Source: an uncultured Candidatus Saccharibacteria bacterium | Lineage (GTDB): Bacteria; Patescibacteriota; Saccharimonadia; Saccharimonadales; Saccharimonadaceae | Direction of reading: 5' to 3' | DNA: 50,302 nt | NCBI GenBank assembly: GCA_947304335.1 | Contig: CAMZAW010000001.1 | Coordinates: forward strand, 1 to 50,302 | Shown: piece by piece, positions 38,369-48,073 of the stretch | Layout of the letters: each line of letters starts with the position of its first letter | How positions within the stretch are numbered: the first letter of the stretch is position 1 | Program-made: the position numbers and the translations under genes | Notes under the pieces: model-generated | The model's input: the letters and a program-made list of their open reading frames with translations, nothing else | What the model was told of the DNA's origin: nothing | The model's database searches: none

Positions 38369-38902
38369 TTAATACTCAGAGTAAGCTAGCTCGGTAATAT
38401 CTTTTTCGCCAAACGAAGCAAACATTCTTCGCAAATCTTCCCTGATATCCTCAGCCGAATCGTTGTCGTTCATAGTGGATTCCATCTTGGCATAGTAACC
38501 ATCGTGGTTTTCTACAGCGTCAAGATAAATCACGTTTTGGTCGCCGTCCATCAAAATTTCTTGCCTTTGGCGAGAAATCTCAGTTTGTTGTTTAAAGCCA
38601 AGCTGCAAGATGATATTAACCATCTCAACATAGTTCGTAACAGGAGTACTTTCAACGAAATCAATACCAGAATCCTCGATATGACGACGCAAAATCAAAG
38701 TATATTTGGCCGGCATATCTGTAGCACGCACCTCGGTGCGCATAATCAACCTAGGCAGGTTGGCCCCGTGTTTATACCCACGTGGTACATAAATCCTATC
38801 ATGCTGCCAATAAATCGGCGAAAATTCCCTGCCGATATCGGCCAACTTATCTTCAAACCTGTCTTTATCAGACAATTTACACTTTACAATAACTTTTTTC
38901 AT
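38369..38902 (-). CDS. CYTH-superfamily (class IV adenylate cyclase-like) protein, divergent
   Basis: QHDRIY, IMR, LQLGF and IYLDAV…Y layout. The canonical ExExK is degenerate. Confidence 0.6.
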   Translation of the reverse strand: MKKVIVKCKLSDKDRFEDKLADIGREFSPIYWQHDRIYVPRGYKHGANLPRLIMRTEVRATDMPAKYTLILRRHIEDSGIDFVESTPVTNYVEMVNIILQLGFKQQTEISRQRQEILMDGDQNVIYLDAVENHDGYYAKMESTMNDNDSAEDIREDLRRMFASFGEKDITELAYSEY

Positions 38903-38945
38903 ACCATCAGTATATCATGGCGAGCCAGCAAAGGCCAGCACAAGC

Positions 38946-41900
38946 CTAATGCACCCAGTTTGGCTCAGTCACATCGCGGTAGGTGAAATTCGAGTGCGAA
39001 TATACGTTAGAAACATCCCAGCCACTAATGTTAACTGAATAATACGTAGCGTAGTAACCGGTATATGTATAAGTACAGTTCGTACCACCGTAGCCCGTAT
39101 GATAACGTGGGCAGCCACCAGAATAGAACATATCTTGCATATTGTCGACATTAGAAGTATTCCAACCGCTTAAGTTCAGCACAATTCTTTCTGAAAATGC
39201 ACCCAAACCGCCAAACATATTATACATACTAGTTACGCTTGAAACGTTCCAACCGCTAAGGTCAAGCTCCACAGACCTAGATAAACGACCAAAATCGAAG
39301 AACATTCCTTCCATATTGGTCACTTTGCCAACATTCCATCCTTCGATATCGGAAAGGGTTAGGTTTTCATTGAACACGTCAAAGCCAGCAAACATATGAT
39401 TCATATTGGTCACATTCGAAGTATTAAGATTCGCCAAGCCACTAATAACCACCTCATGTTCTTCATCGGAATCATAGTACCAATCACCAGTAGCACCGTG
39501 ATTATTGCTCGTATTAACAAGGCCGCATCTATACTCCGAAAAGATTTGGCAATAAGAGTTAAAGTACCAATAGCCATCATCATAGCTGTATCCATAAGCA
39601 TCAAAAGCACTAATATTGGAAATATCGGCAAACATATGGCTCATAGATGTTACATTGCTAGTGTCCCAGCCATTTATACTTATGTTAGCCCTCTTTCTAT
39701 AATAACAAGTGCCATCAGCAAACAAGTAATCCATATTCGAAACACCACTTACGTTCCAACCGTCAAGATCTATAGAACAATCCTCAAACATATTGACGCT
39801 CCTGAACATACCACTCATGGAGCTTAAGCGAGTTAATTGCCAGTTAGACAAATCTATGCCCGACTTGGTCCAAAAACCATAAAACATATTTGAAGCATTC
39901 ATAAGTGACCCAACATTAAACCCTCCTACACCGAGCAAATCACCGTATACCACGGCAGAGCCCATATCACCACTAGTAACATTCTCATTCATATCGGAAG
40001 CGCCAAACATGTTGTACATACTAACTACATTGCCAGTATTCCAGCCAGTCAAATTCAAGGAGCCATAAATCGCGGCGCCGCTAAATATGTTTTCCATCAC
40101 AGCAATTCTACTAACATCCCATTGGCCTAAGTTGATTTCGCCACCGTTATTCGGAACTATTATAGCCTTAGAGAATATCCCAACCATATTCAAAAGACTG
40201 CCAGTGCGCCAATTCTCCAAATCGCTCACAACATTCGCATTAATAATGGTGCGATAGAACATTTCTTCCATCGTTGCGACATTTCCAACATTCCAGTTAT
40301 TTAACCTGTATTGATTCCAGTCTGATGCAAGTGCCGCCAGATTATCACGAGAATACAAAGATTTAGCATTTACAGGCAAATCACCAAATTTATAGAAGAC
40401 CCTATTCATATTCGTTACACTGGAGGTATTCCAGTCACCAAGACCGATTATTTTCACCACAGGTTTGTAACTAACCGCAGTGACGCCGTTGCCTCGTTTT
40501 GCACTTTCTCTAAACAGGCCCTCAAGACTCGTAACGTTACTGGTATCCCATCCCGTAACATTCAAATCCCAAGTGTACGTCCCCCTACAAATCGAGTAAC
40601 TATCGTTACAGACACCACCGCCAGTATAGCTAAACATACCAGCTAAGCTTGTTAAACCGCTAGTATTTTGCCAGCCACTCACATCGAGCCTCCAGTCGTA
40701 GGCATATTGCCCAGCACCAGAGAAGAAATCAGTGTAGTTAGTACCCGCATTAGGATTAATCACCCAGCCACTGGCATCCACCTCCCATGTCCAACCATAC
40801 GAATCACTGTTCCTGCCACTAAATAAATTGCTTCCTACCCTGCCAGATACGCTACTAAGATTCCAATCATGCAAATCGGCATAAAATGACGAATTTATAC
40901 CATTAAACATATAATTTAAGCCATTACCCTGCAGGCTATTAAATGACCAGCTATCAGCCATGATTCTACTGAGAGAAGCAACATAGAACATGTATTGCAT
41001 GTTTTTAACTTTTCTTACGTCCCAACCACTCAAATCCAAGGATGATATATGGCTATCGCTAAACATGTATTGCATATATTCAACATTGCCGACATTCCAT
41101 CCAGACAAGTCCAGGGCATCTACATAATCAAATGCGCCATTAAACATGTAAGACATGTTAGTCACATTCGATACATTAAAGTTTTCAAGACCGACTATCT
41201 TATTATATGCATCAGAACGGTACCGATCTACAGAATTACCGTTGTCATCATAACGGAAAAGCCCCATATGGAATTCATAAAACATATGCTGCATTTCCCT
41301 AGCGTTTCTAGTGTCCCAATTACTTAAATCGAGTACCGTTCTACGCTGTGAATAAGCATCCCCATCGTCATAAGTCCACTCTTTACCAGCGTTGTAGAAC
41401 ATCTCACGTAAACTTACAGCACTACTGACGTCTAGCTTGCTAATCTCACCAATACAACCATTACCGCCATACTTAAATGAACCAGCAAACATTGCGGACA
41501 TATCAGTTGACGCGCTAGTGTCAAAGTTTTCAATACCGTTAATAGTTTTCACGTGCGCCAAGTAGCTAAACCACTCGTTGGTTCTGGTTGGACGATAGGT
41601 TTTAAAGCTCGATTCAAAATCAATTGCTTCAACATAATCACGAACACCCCAGTCATTCAACCACCCTAGTTGCGCAGATGGATAATCACTAATAACCGCC
41701 GGAATAGAATAAACGTGCTCCAGCAGAGCAGTGCCATAGCCACCAGTATAGGTATCACCAACCTGATAGTCTTTATCGTCATTTACAAAAATCAAGTGCT
41801 TGTTATCACCAACCAAAGCCTTAGGCGTAACACTCTTTGGCTCAGGCAAATCGTCGACTTTTGCAACTGCGGTAATCAGCAACGTATTGCTGTAGACACC

Positions 41901-42419
41901 CGAAATTTGGTTGCGATCAATCTTCACGCCAAAAGTAAACTCGGTAGTATCGCTAGCGCCTGGCTGGCTGGATTGAAGAGTCAAACGATCTTGCTCGTTG
42001 TAAGCCTTGATACCAGCGTAATTCTCGCCACCATCAAGAGAATAACCCCAATAACCAGTTGGGAAGTTTAGCTTAGTGTAAGAATTAGTAAGCGTTGGAA
42101 TATAGGCACCCTTAGACATGTTTCTGAGACTCGTAGTGATTGTATCTTCGGCACCACTCCTGCTTCCATCAACAGAAAACACCGCAACATAACCCTCGGC
42201 GTTGTTAGTGCTAATCCTAAGCTTTGCTTTAGCCGTTTGGATGCCAGCGTAATCAGGCGAAGCATCAATCACAATCAAAGACGGGAAATCGATAATCAAT
42301 TGCGATGAAATAAACATATCAAAATCCGTGGCGCTAGCACCACGGTTAAAAATGGCCGTCATCAAAATAGCAACAAACGTTCCGCCTAACAGAAACTTAT
42401 GCGTACGACCTTTTACCAT
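38946..42419 (-). CDS. Secreted BspA-like / DUF285 leucine-rich-repeat surface protein
   Basis: Signal peptide and numerous LDLSxW(N/D)(V/T)SxVxxMxxMF repeats. Confidence 0.88.
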   Translation of the reverse strand: MVKGRTHKFLLGGTFVAILMTAIFNRGASATDFDMFISSQLIIDFPSLIVIDASPDYAGIQTAKAKLRISTNNAEGYVAVFSVDGSRSGAEDTITTSLRNMSKGAYIPTLTNSYTKLNFPTGYWGYSLDGGENYAGIKAYNEQDRLTLQSSQPGASDTTEFTFGVKIDRNQISGVYSNTLLITAVAKVDDLPEPKSVTPKALVGDNKHLIFVNDDKDYQVGDTYTGGYGTALLEHVYSIPAVISDYPSAQLGWLNDWGVRDYVEAIDFESSFKTYRPTRTNEWFSYLAHVKTINGIENFDTSASTDMSAMFAGSFKYGGNGCIGEISKLDVSSAVSLREMFYNAGKEWTYDDGDAYSQRRTVLDLSNWDTRNAREMQHMFYEFHMGLFRYDDNGNSVDRYRSDAYNKIVGLENFNVSNVTNMSYMFNGAFDYVDALDLSGWNVGNVEYMQYMFSDSHISSLDLSGWDVRKVKNMQYMFYVASLSRIMADSWSFNSLQGNGLNYMFNGINSSFYADLHDWNLSSVSGRVGSNLFSGRNSDSYGWTWEVDASGWVINPNAGTNYTDFFSGAGQYAYDWRLDVSGWQNTSGLTSLAGMFSYTGGGVCNDSYSICRGTYTWDLNVTGWDTSNVTSLEGLFRESAKRGNGVTAVSYKPVVKIIGLGDWNTSSVTNMNRVFYKFGDLPVNAKSLYSRDNLAALASDWNQYRLNNWNVGNVATMEEMFYRTIINANVVSDLENWRTGSLLNMVGIFSKAIIVPNNGGEINLGQWDVSRIAVMENIFSGAAIYGSLNLTGWNTGNVVSMYNMFGASDMNENVTSGDMGSAVVYGDLLGVGGFNVGSLMNASNMFYGFWTKSGIDLSNWQLTRLSSMSGMFRSVNMFEDCSIDLDGWNVSGVSNMDYLFADGTCYYRKRANISINGWDTSNVTSMSHMFADISNISAFDAYGYSYDDGYWYFNSYCQIFSEYRCGLVNTSNNHGATGDWYYDSDEEHEVVISGLANLNTSNVTNMNHMFAGFDVFNENLTLSDIEGWNVGKVTNMEGMFFDFGRLSRSVELDLSGWNVSSVTSMYNMFGGLGAFSERIVLNLSGWNTSNVDNMQDMFYSGGCPRYHTGYGGTNCTYTYTGYYATYYSVNISGWDVSNVYSHSNFTYRDVTEPNWVH

Positions 42420-42457
42420 AAGCTAATTATAACACAGAAAAATTTTTATGTATATTT

Positions 42458-44062
42458 TTATATATAATTTAAGCCAACAATTTTGCCCTCAACCGACTCG
42501 ATCCCATTCCACTCGTTCTTGGCCAATTTCACCCATACATTTAACCTTGCTCCAACCGAAACTTTACACCATTCTTCTGGCGCAAAAAACGACAAAAGCT
42601 TGATTCTCTGCCCTTTGCCATCCTCCACGATTAAAGACAAGTGTTGTTTTTCTGCACCCATCAACCTGGCCTCCGCAACACTAAAAGCGTGCAGCTGAAA
42701 AACCGGTTCTTCATTGTCACCGCCAAACGGTTCAAGCAACGCCAAATCATCAACTAATTCCAGATTAATATCATCGAGCGCATCAATCGATAAATCTTCC
42801 CGCAAAGTTAAAAAACGCTCCTGGTCTTTTAAACCAAGTGATTCATAATATCCTGCCATTTTCTCCCGAAACTCATAGAGCTTGTCACCCGCAACTTTCA
42901 CACCGGCCGCCAATGCATGACCACCACCATTAATAATATAGTCACGGCAAGCCGCAAGCGCCAAAGCAAGATTAAACTCACCAAAACTGCGCCCCGAACC
43001 TTTATAGATTCCCTCTCCCACCTCGGATAATACGAAACTCGGTTTATGATATTCTTCCGTCAGCTTGCCAGCCACAATCCCTAGAATTCCCTCATTCCAT
43101 TTGCCTACTTCAATAATAACTGGACCCTCCGACACACCACGTGCACGAATCTCGTCCAAAGCTAACTGCTGCTCGGTCTTACGCTTTTTGTTCAAGGTTT
43201 CTAGCTTTTCCGCAATTGCCGCCGCTTCGGATTTTTTCTTCGCCATCAAAAGATTTAAAGACAATTCCGCCGATTCCAAACGCCCAGCCGCATTAAGTCT
43301 TGGTCCAATTTGAAAACCAATCGCATCCGAATTCAAAGTCTTCACGCCGGCCTTCAACATCAGTTCTTTGAGCCCGAGTCGCCTCGTTTTCGCTAGTACT
43401 TTCATGCCATAAAAGCTTAAAATCCGGTTTTCGTTTAGGAGCGGCATGTTGTCACAAATCGTACCAATTAGAACTAAATCGAGTAACCACTTTTCTTGGC
43501 CAGACGGGATCAGGCCCCTAGAAACTAAGCCCTGTGCCACCTTAAATGCCACACCCACACCAGCCAAATCGCGAAAACCCTGATAGTCTTGGCGCTTCGG
43601 GTTAACCACTGCAACCGCGTCCGGAAGTTCGTTCGTTATCTCATGGTGATCAGTTACAACCGTATCAACCCCGAACGTCTTTAGTTCATCGATAATCGCC
43701 TGGTTTGACGAACCGCAGTCTACCGTTACCACCAACTTCACACCTAAATCCTTGGCGCGTTGGATTATCTTCGGGCTCATACCATAGCCATCAGCAAAAC
43801 GATCCGGTAACATAATATCGATTTCCTTTGCGCCGGCCAACCGCAAAGCCTCTTCCATCACAGTGCTTGCCGTCACACCGTCCACGTCATAATCACCATA
43901 TATTAATATATGGTCGCCATTTTCAATGGCCTGCACAATACGATCGATAGCCTTTTCCATGTCGGGCAGCAAAAATGGGTCAGCCAAATTCTCATACACA
44001 GGATGCAAAAAATCATCTGTAATTCCCCGCTGTTTCATTAACTGTATAAAAATTTTATTCAT
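42458..44062 (-). CDS. recJ: ssDNA-specific exonuclease RecJ
   Basis: YGDYDVDG, TVDCG, TDHH, PRLNAAGRL, GSGRS and GGHALAAG motifs. Confidence 0.96.
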   Translation of the reverse strand: MNKIFIQLMKQRGITDDFLHPVYENLADPFLLPDMEKAIDRIVQAIENGDHILIYGDYDVDGVTASTVMEEALRLAGAKEIDIMLPDRFADGYGMSPKIIQRAKDLGVKLVVTVDCGSSNQAIIDELKTFGVDTVVTDHHEITNELPDAVAVVNPKRQDYQGFRDLAGVGVAFKVAQGLVSRGLIPSGQEKWLLDLVLIGTICDNMPLLNENRILSFYGMKVLAKTRRLGLKELMLKAGVKTLNSDAIGFQIGPRLNAAGRLESAELSLNLLMAKKKSEAAAIAEKLETLNKKRKTEQQLALDEIRARGVSEGPVIIEVGKWNEGILGIVAGKLTEEYHKPSFVLSEVGEGIYKGSGRSFGEFNLALALAACRDYIINGGGHALAAGVKVAGDKLYEFREKMAGYYESLGLKDQERFLTLREDLSIDALDDINLELVDDLALLEPFGGDNEEPVFQLHAFSVAEARLMGAEKQHLSLIVEDGKGQRIKLLSFFAPEEWCKVSVGARLNVWVKLAKNEWNGIESVEGKIVGLNYI

Positions 44063-44074
44063 CAAAAGCCGAAA

Positions 44075-44365
44075 TTAGCCGATAGTTTTGTTTGGTTTGC
44101 TTCCCTTTTGGGTTTTAATCACGATGCTCTGGAGCTCTTTCAAAATCGGAAATTGTTTGTTAGTTTGATAGATCCTGGTATTACCCTTCTTGGTCATAAT
44201 CAAAAAGTTGCCTTCGGTCATACGCGTGAGCTCACGCTGGATATTACCTGGGTCTTCTTTTATGAGTTTCGCTAGACCTCTTACGTGAGTCTTAAAATCA
44301 GGGTATTTAGCAAATACCACAATGATTTTACGGCGCACCCTTGAAGTCACGAATATATCTAACAT
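44075..44365 (-). CDS. Winged-helix DNA-binding protein
   Basis: HVRGLAKLIKEDPGNIQREL HTH followed by a KGNTRIY wing. Confidence 0.75.
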   Translation of the reverse strand: MLDIFVTSRVRRKIIVVFAKYPDFKTHVRGLAKLIKEDPGNIQRELTRMTEGNFLIMTKKGNTRIYQTNKQFPILKELQSIVIKTQKGSKPNKTIG

Positions 44366-44458
44366 ATTTCCTCGCTTTTCATCGATTATATCATAAACTT
44401 CAGGCTAGCTGTAAAAAATACAACGTTTTTTGCTACCCCAGTCGTGTATAATATAAAT

Positions 44459-46387
44459 ATGTTTTACGAGGTGATTCCAGGCAAGCTTTTCTCTAAGCAC
44501 GCTGGTTTTTTGACTTACGCCTCTGATACCGAACTTACTCCTGGGCAAATTGTTTCAATTCCCCTCGGAAAAACCGCTGCTGTGGGCATTATTTATAAAA
44601 AAGTTACTCAACCGGATTTTCCTACCAAAAAAATTTTGAAAATTTTGTATTCAAAACCACTGCCAAACCACATTGTCAAAACTATCGTTTGGCTAAACCA
44701 ATATTATTTAATTCCGCTGCCGCAGGCGCTCAATTTATTCCTGCCAATCGGCATCACCAAAAACCGTCGTAAAAATATCGCAAAAACCGAACAAACCCCT
44801 AAACTGCCATTAATTGAGCTTAATACTGCCCAAAAAAATGCCCTTCTAGGCCTTCAGAAGGCCCCAGGATACACGAAACTGCTTCATGGTGTGACCGGTA
44901 GCGGAAAAACTAATATCTACCTAGAATTGGCTAGAAACGCCTTTAAACAACAAAAATCTACTGTACTTTTAGTGCCAGAAATCGCCCTAACCAGCCAACT
45001 TGTTCGGGTTTTTGAGGAAGCTTTTGGCCAAAATATCGTACTAATCCACTCACAAAAGACCGAGTCCGAACGTCACCAAATCTGGGAAAGCATTTTGATG
45101 AGCGACGCGCCAAAAGTTATCATTGGACCACGTTCTGCCCTGTTCGTACCAGTTAATAACCTTGGGCTCATCATTATCGACGAGTGCCACGAATCGAGTT
45201 ATTTCCAAGAAAACGCACCAAAATATTCTGCTCTTAGGGTAGCTAGTTTCATCGCTAACACTCTAGAGATTGACTGCATTGAAGGTTCCGCCACGCCGTC
45301 TATTAATGATTATTATCTGGCTAAAAAGCATCAGTCCCTAGTTAGCCTGAGTGAGAAGGCCAAAAAAGAGGCCATCGCCCCAAACGTCCACATCGTAGAT
45401 TTTAAAGATCGCGCCAATTTTGACAGAAACCGCTACTTCAGTTCTGCCCTACTCGATTCAATCGAAGATAATCTTAAAAATCACCGTCAAACTCTAATCT
45501 TTCATAATCGCCGCGGCTCAGCGCCACTGTCAATCTGTGAAGATTGCGGTGCCGAACTCGTCTGCCCAAACTGTTTTTTGCCTCTAACTTTGCACTCTGA
45601 TTCCTACGAATTAATCTGCCACACCTGTGGTTTTAAAGAAAAAGTTCCAAAAAGCTGCCCAGAATGCGGCTCTCCAAATATCTTGCACAAAGGCTTTGGT
45701 ACCAAATTACTTGAATCAGAGCTAAAGCGTCTCTTTAAAGCCGCCCACATTGCTCGTTTTGACGCCGATAATACCAAAGCCGAGACCTTAAATGCCATGT
45801 ATGACGAAGTTAAGGCTGGCAAAATCGATATCATTATCGGCACCCAAACTGTGGCCAAAGGCCTAGATCTCCCGAAGCTTGCCACCGTTGGTATCGTGCA
45901 AGCGGACGCTGGTCTTTCCCTGCCAGACTACTCTAGCAAGGAGCGTGTTTTTGAACTCATCACCCAGGTAATGGGGCGCGTCGGTCGCGGCCATATTGAT
46001 AAAGCCGAAGTCTTTATCCAAACCTTCCGCCCAGACTCCAAAGTCTTAAGCTACGCTATCAATAATGATTACCTTGAGTTCGCCGACTGGTCACTTAAAG
46101 AACGCCGCGAATCCGGCCTGCCGCCTTATTATTATCTAGCTAAAATCGAGGTCGCATACAAGACTGAGTCTCTCGCCATCCAAAAGATCCGTGACATTAA
46201 AAAGATACTCGGAAACGTGCCAGACCTCTTAGTTTCGGCCCCAACTCCGGCCTTTCATGAACGACAAAATCGCGGCTTCACTTGGCAGCTCATCGTGCGC
46301 GCTAAGTCACGAAAAACTTTGCTAAAGGCCATAGAAAACCTAGACGATAGTGCGCGCTTCTACCTGGACCCACCTTCGATTTTATGA
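44459..46387 (+). CDS. priA: Primosomal protein N'
   Basis: GVTGSGKT, VPEIALT, DECH, NRRG, four CxxC and QVMGRVGR motifs. Confidence 0.97.
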   Translation: MFYEVIPGKLFSKHAGFLTYASDTELTPGQIVSIPLGKTAAVGIIYKKVTQPDFPTKKILKILYSKPLPNHIVKTIVWLNQYYLIPLPQALNLFLPIGITKNRRKNIAKTEQTPKLPLIELNTAQKNALLGLQKAPGYTKLLHGVTGSGKTNIYLELARNAFKQQKSTVLLVPEIALTSQLVRVFEEAFGQNIVLIHSQKTESERHQIWESILMSDAPKVIIGPRSALFVPVNNLGLIIIDECHESSYFQENAPKYSALRVASFIANTLEIDCIEGSATPSINDYYLAKKHQSLVSLSEKAKKEAIAPNVHIVDFKDRANFDRNRYFSSALLDSIEDNLKNHRQTLIFHNRRGSAPLSICEDCGAELVCPNCFLPLTLHSDSYELICHTCGFKEKVPKSCPECGSPNILHKGFGTKLLESELKRLFKAAHIARFDADNTKAETLNAMYDEVKAGKIDIIIGTQTVAKGLDLPKLATVGIVQADAGLSLPDYSSKERVFELITQVMGRVGRGHIDKAEVFIQTFRPDSKVLSYAINNDYLEFADWSLKERRESGLPPYYYLAKIEVAYKTESLAIQKIRDIKKILGNVPDLLVSAPTPAFHERQNRGFTWQLIVRAKSRKTLLKAIENLDDSARFYLDPPSIL

Positions 46388-46399
46388 TATAATATTCTT

Positions 46400-46972
46400 A
46401 TGAAAATCATCACTACACCAGATCCAAGACTCCGCGAAAAATCGACCAAAGTCGGTGTTATTGATGATGAAATCAAAGAAGTCATTGAAAACATGCGTAA
46501 GCTCTCCCTGGATTGGGAAGCCGAGCATCCATACGAACTTTCTGCCGCCATGGCCGCCCCACAAATGGGCGTTAACAAACGTATTATTATCGTACGCGAC
46601 GACATGGAAGACAAAAGCAACGCCACCTTTACTGCTTTGATTAACCCAGAAGTTATTAAAACCGAAGGTAAAATCAAAACCGATTACGAAGGTTGCCTTT
46701 CGGTGCCAAAAATCTATGGTTTAGTTCCCCGCCCTACCAAAGCTAAAATCAAAGCTATGCTCGAAGACGGCAACGAGGTTCGCATTAAAGCTGAAGACGA
46801 TTTGGCCCGCGTTTTGCTACATGAAATCGATCATTTAAACGGTATTCTTTTTATCGACCACATCAAAGACGAGAAAAAAGCCTTCTATGAAATGAACGAC
46901 AAAGGCGATCTCGTCCCACTAGATTACGACAAAGACATCAAAGATAACAAAGAACTCTTTCCGGACGATTAA
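46400..46972 (+). CDS. def: Peptide deformylase
   Basis: AAPQMG, EGCLS and HEIDHLNG motifs. Confidence 0.97.
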   Translation: MKIITTPDPRLREKSTKVGVIDDEIKEVIENMRKLSLDWEAEHPYELSAAMAAPQMGVNKRIIIVRDDMEDKSNATFTALINPEVIKTEGKIKTDYEGCLSVPKIYGLVPRPTKAKIKAMLEDGNEVRIKAEDDLARVLLHEIDHLNGILFIDHIKDEKKAFYEMNDKGDLVPLDYDKDIKDNKELFPDD

Positions 46973-46973
46973 A

Positions 46974-47744
46974 ATGGAAAAAATCATCTTTTTTGGTAAT
47001 GGACCACTCGCTGAACACGCCCTCAAAGTACTCGAAAAACATTTCGAGATTATTTTTCACGCCAAAACCAAAGAAGATTTAGAGTTCGTTAAAAAGATGA
47101 AAGCCACTCACCCATCCGCTCACGGCGTGCTGGCATCCTTTGGCGTCATCGTAAAATCCGATATTTTGGAACTCTTCGAGCCAGAAGGCATTTTAAATAT
47201 TCACCCTTCCCTCTTGCCAGAGTACCGCGGCGCTTCGCCAATTGAAACCGCTATTCTGAATGGCGACACTAGTTTTTCGGTCTCTATTATGAAGCTCGTC
47301 AAAGCCATGGATGCCGGCCCGCTTTATCACCAAGAAACTTTCGACAATCTACCACTCAATAAGGATAGTATTTACGAGACATTAGCTACCGCCGGCGCTG
47401 AATGGATCGTAAAAAACCTCAGCAACCTACCAGAACCAAAGTCGCAAGATGATTCCAAAGCCACCTTTACGACCAAATTCGATAAGTCACTTTCCCTGTT
47501 AAAACCAGAAGAATATACTGCCGAAGAATTATTCCGCCAAGTCGTAGCCTACGCTGGCTACCCAAAAAGCAAATACGAATTCTACGGCAAAGAATGCATT
47601 ATTTTAGAAGCCGAAGCAGCAAGCGAAGCTTCCCCGCTCTCCATCAAATGTAAAGACGGCAAATTCTTGCAAATAAAAAGCATCCAACCGGCAGGCAAAA
47701 AACCGATGGATGCCAAATCATTCTTAAACGGCTACGCCAAATAA
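46974..47744 (+). CDS. fmt: Methionyl-tRNA formyltransferase (short form)
   Basis: NIHPSLLPEYRGASP, MDAG and QPAGKKPM motifs; follows def. Confidence 0.92.
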   Translation: MEKIIFFGNGPLAEHALKVLEKHFEIIFHAKTKEDLEFVKKMKATHPSAHGVLASFGVIVKSDILELFEPEGILNIHPSLLPEYRGASPIETAILNGDTSFSVSIMKLVKAMDAGPLYHQETFDNLPLNKDSIYETLATAGAEWIVKNLSNLPEPKSQDDSKATFTTKFDKSLSLLKPEEYTAEELFRQVVAYAGYPKSKYEFYGKECIILEAEAASEASPLSIKCKDGKFLQIKSIQPAGKKPMDAKSFLNGYAK

Positions 47745-48035
47745 CTATCTAATCAAACGATTACGATTTTCGCGAATCTCTTCTTTCATCTCGGCAATAG
47801 TGCGGGAGACGATTTCGCGATAGTCTGGACGATTCGCCTCGAGCCACTGAGCGGCTTCGGCTGGATCGGTGATGGCGTCAAACTCGGCGAGTTGGGCTGG
47901 CGAAAGCCCGCGCGAGATGCGCTCACCAATTCTGATTTCTAGTTCTTCCTGAACATATGCCAAAAAGTCACGTTTTTGATCCTCTGGCATCGCCGACAAA
48001 CCCATGTCAGCTAAAAATTTCTCATCGAATTCCAT
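47745..48035 (-). CDS. Small acidic helical protein (DUF5663-like)
   Basis: LEIRIGERIS…WLEANRPDYREIV pattern; leaderless promoter upstream. Confidence 0.6.
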   Translation of the reverse strand: MEFDEKFLADMGLSAMPEDQKRDFLAYVQEELEIRIGERISRGLSPAQLAEFDAITDPAEAAQWLEANRPDYREIVSRTIAEMKEEIRENRNRLIR

Positions 48036-48073
48036 AATTCGATTTTAACACAAGCATAAATGTTTTGTAAACT

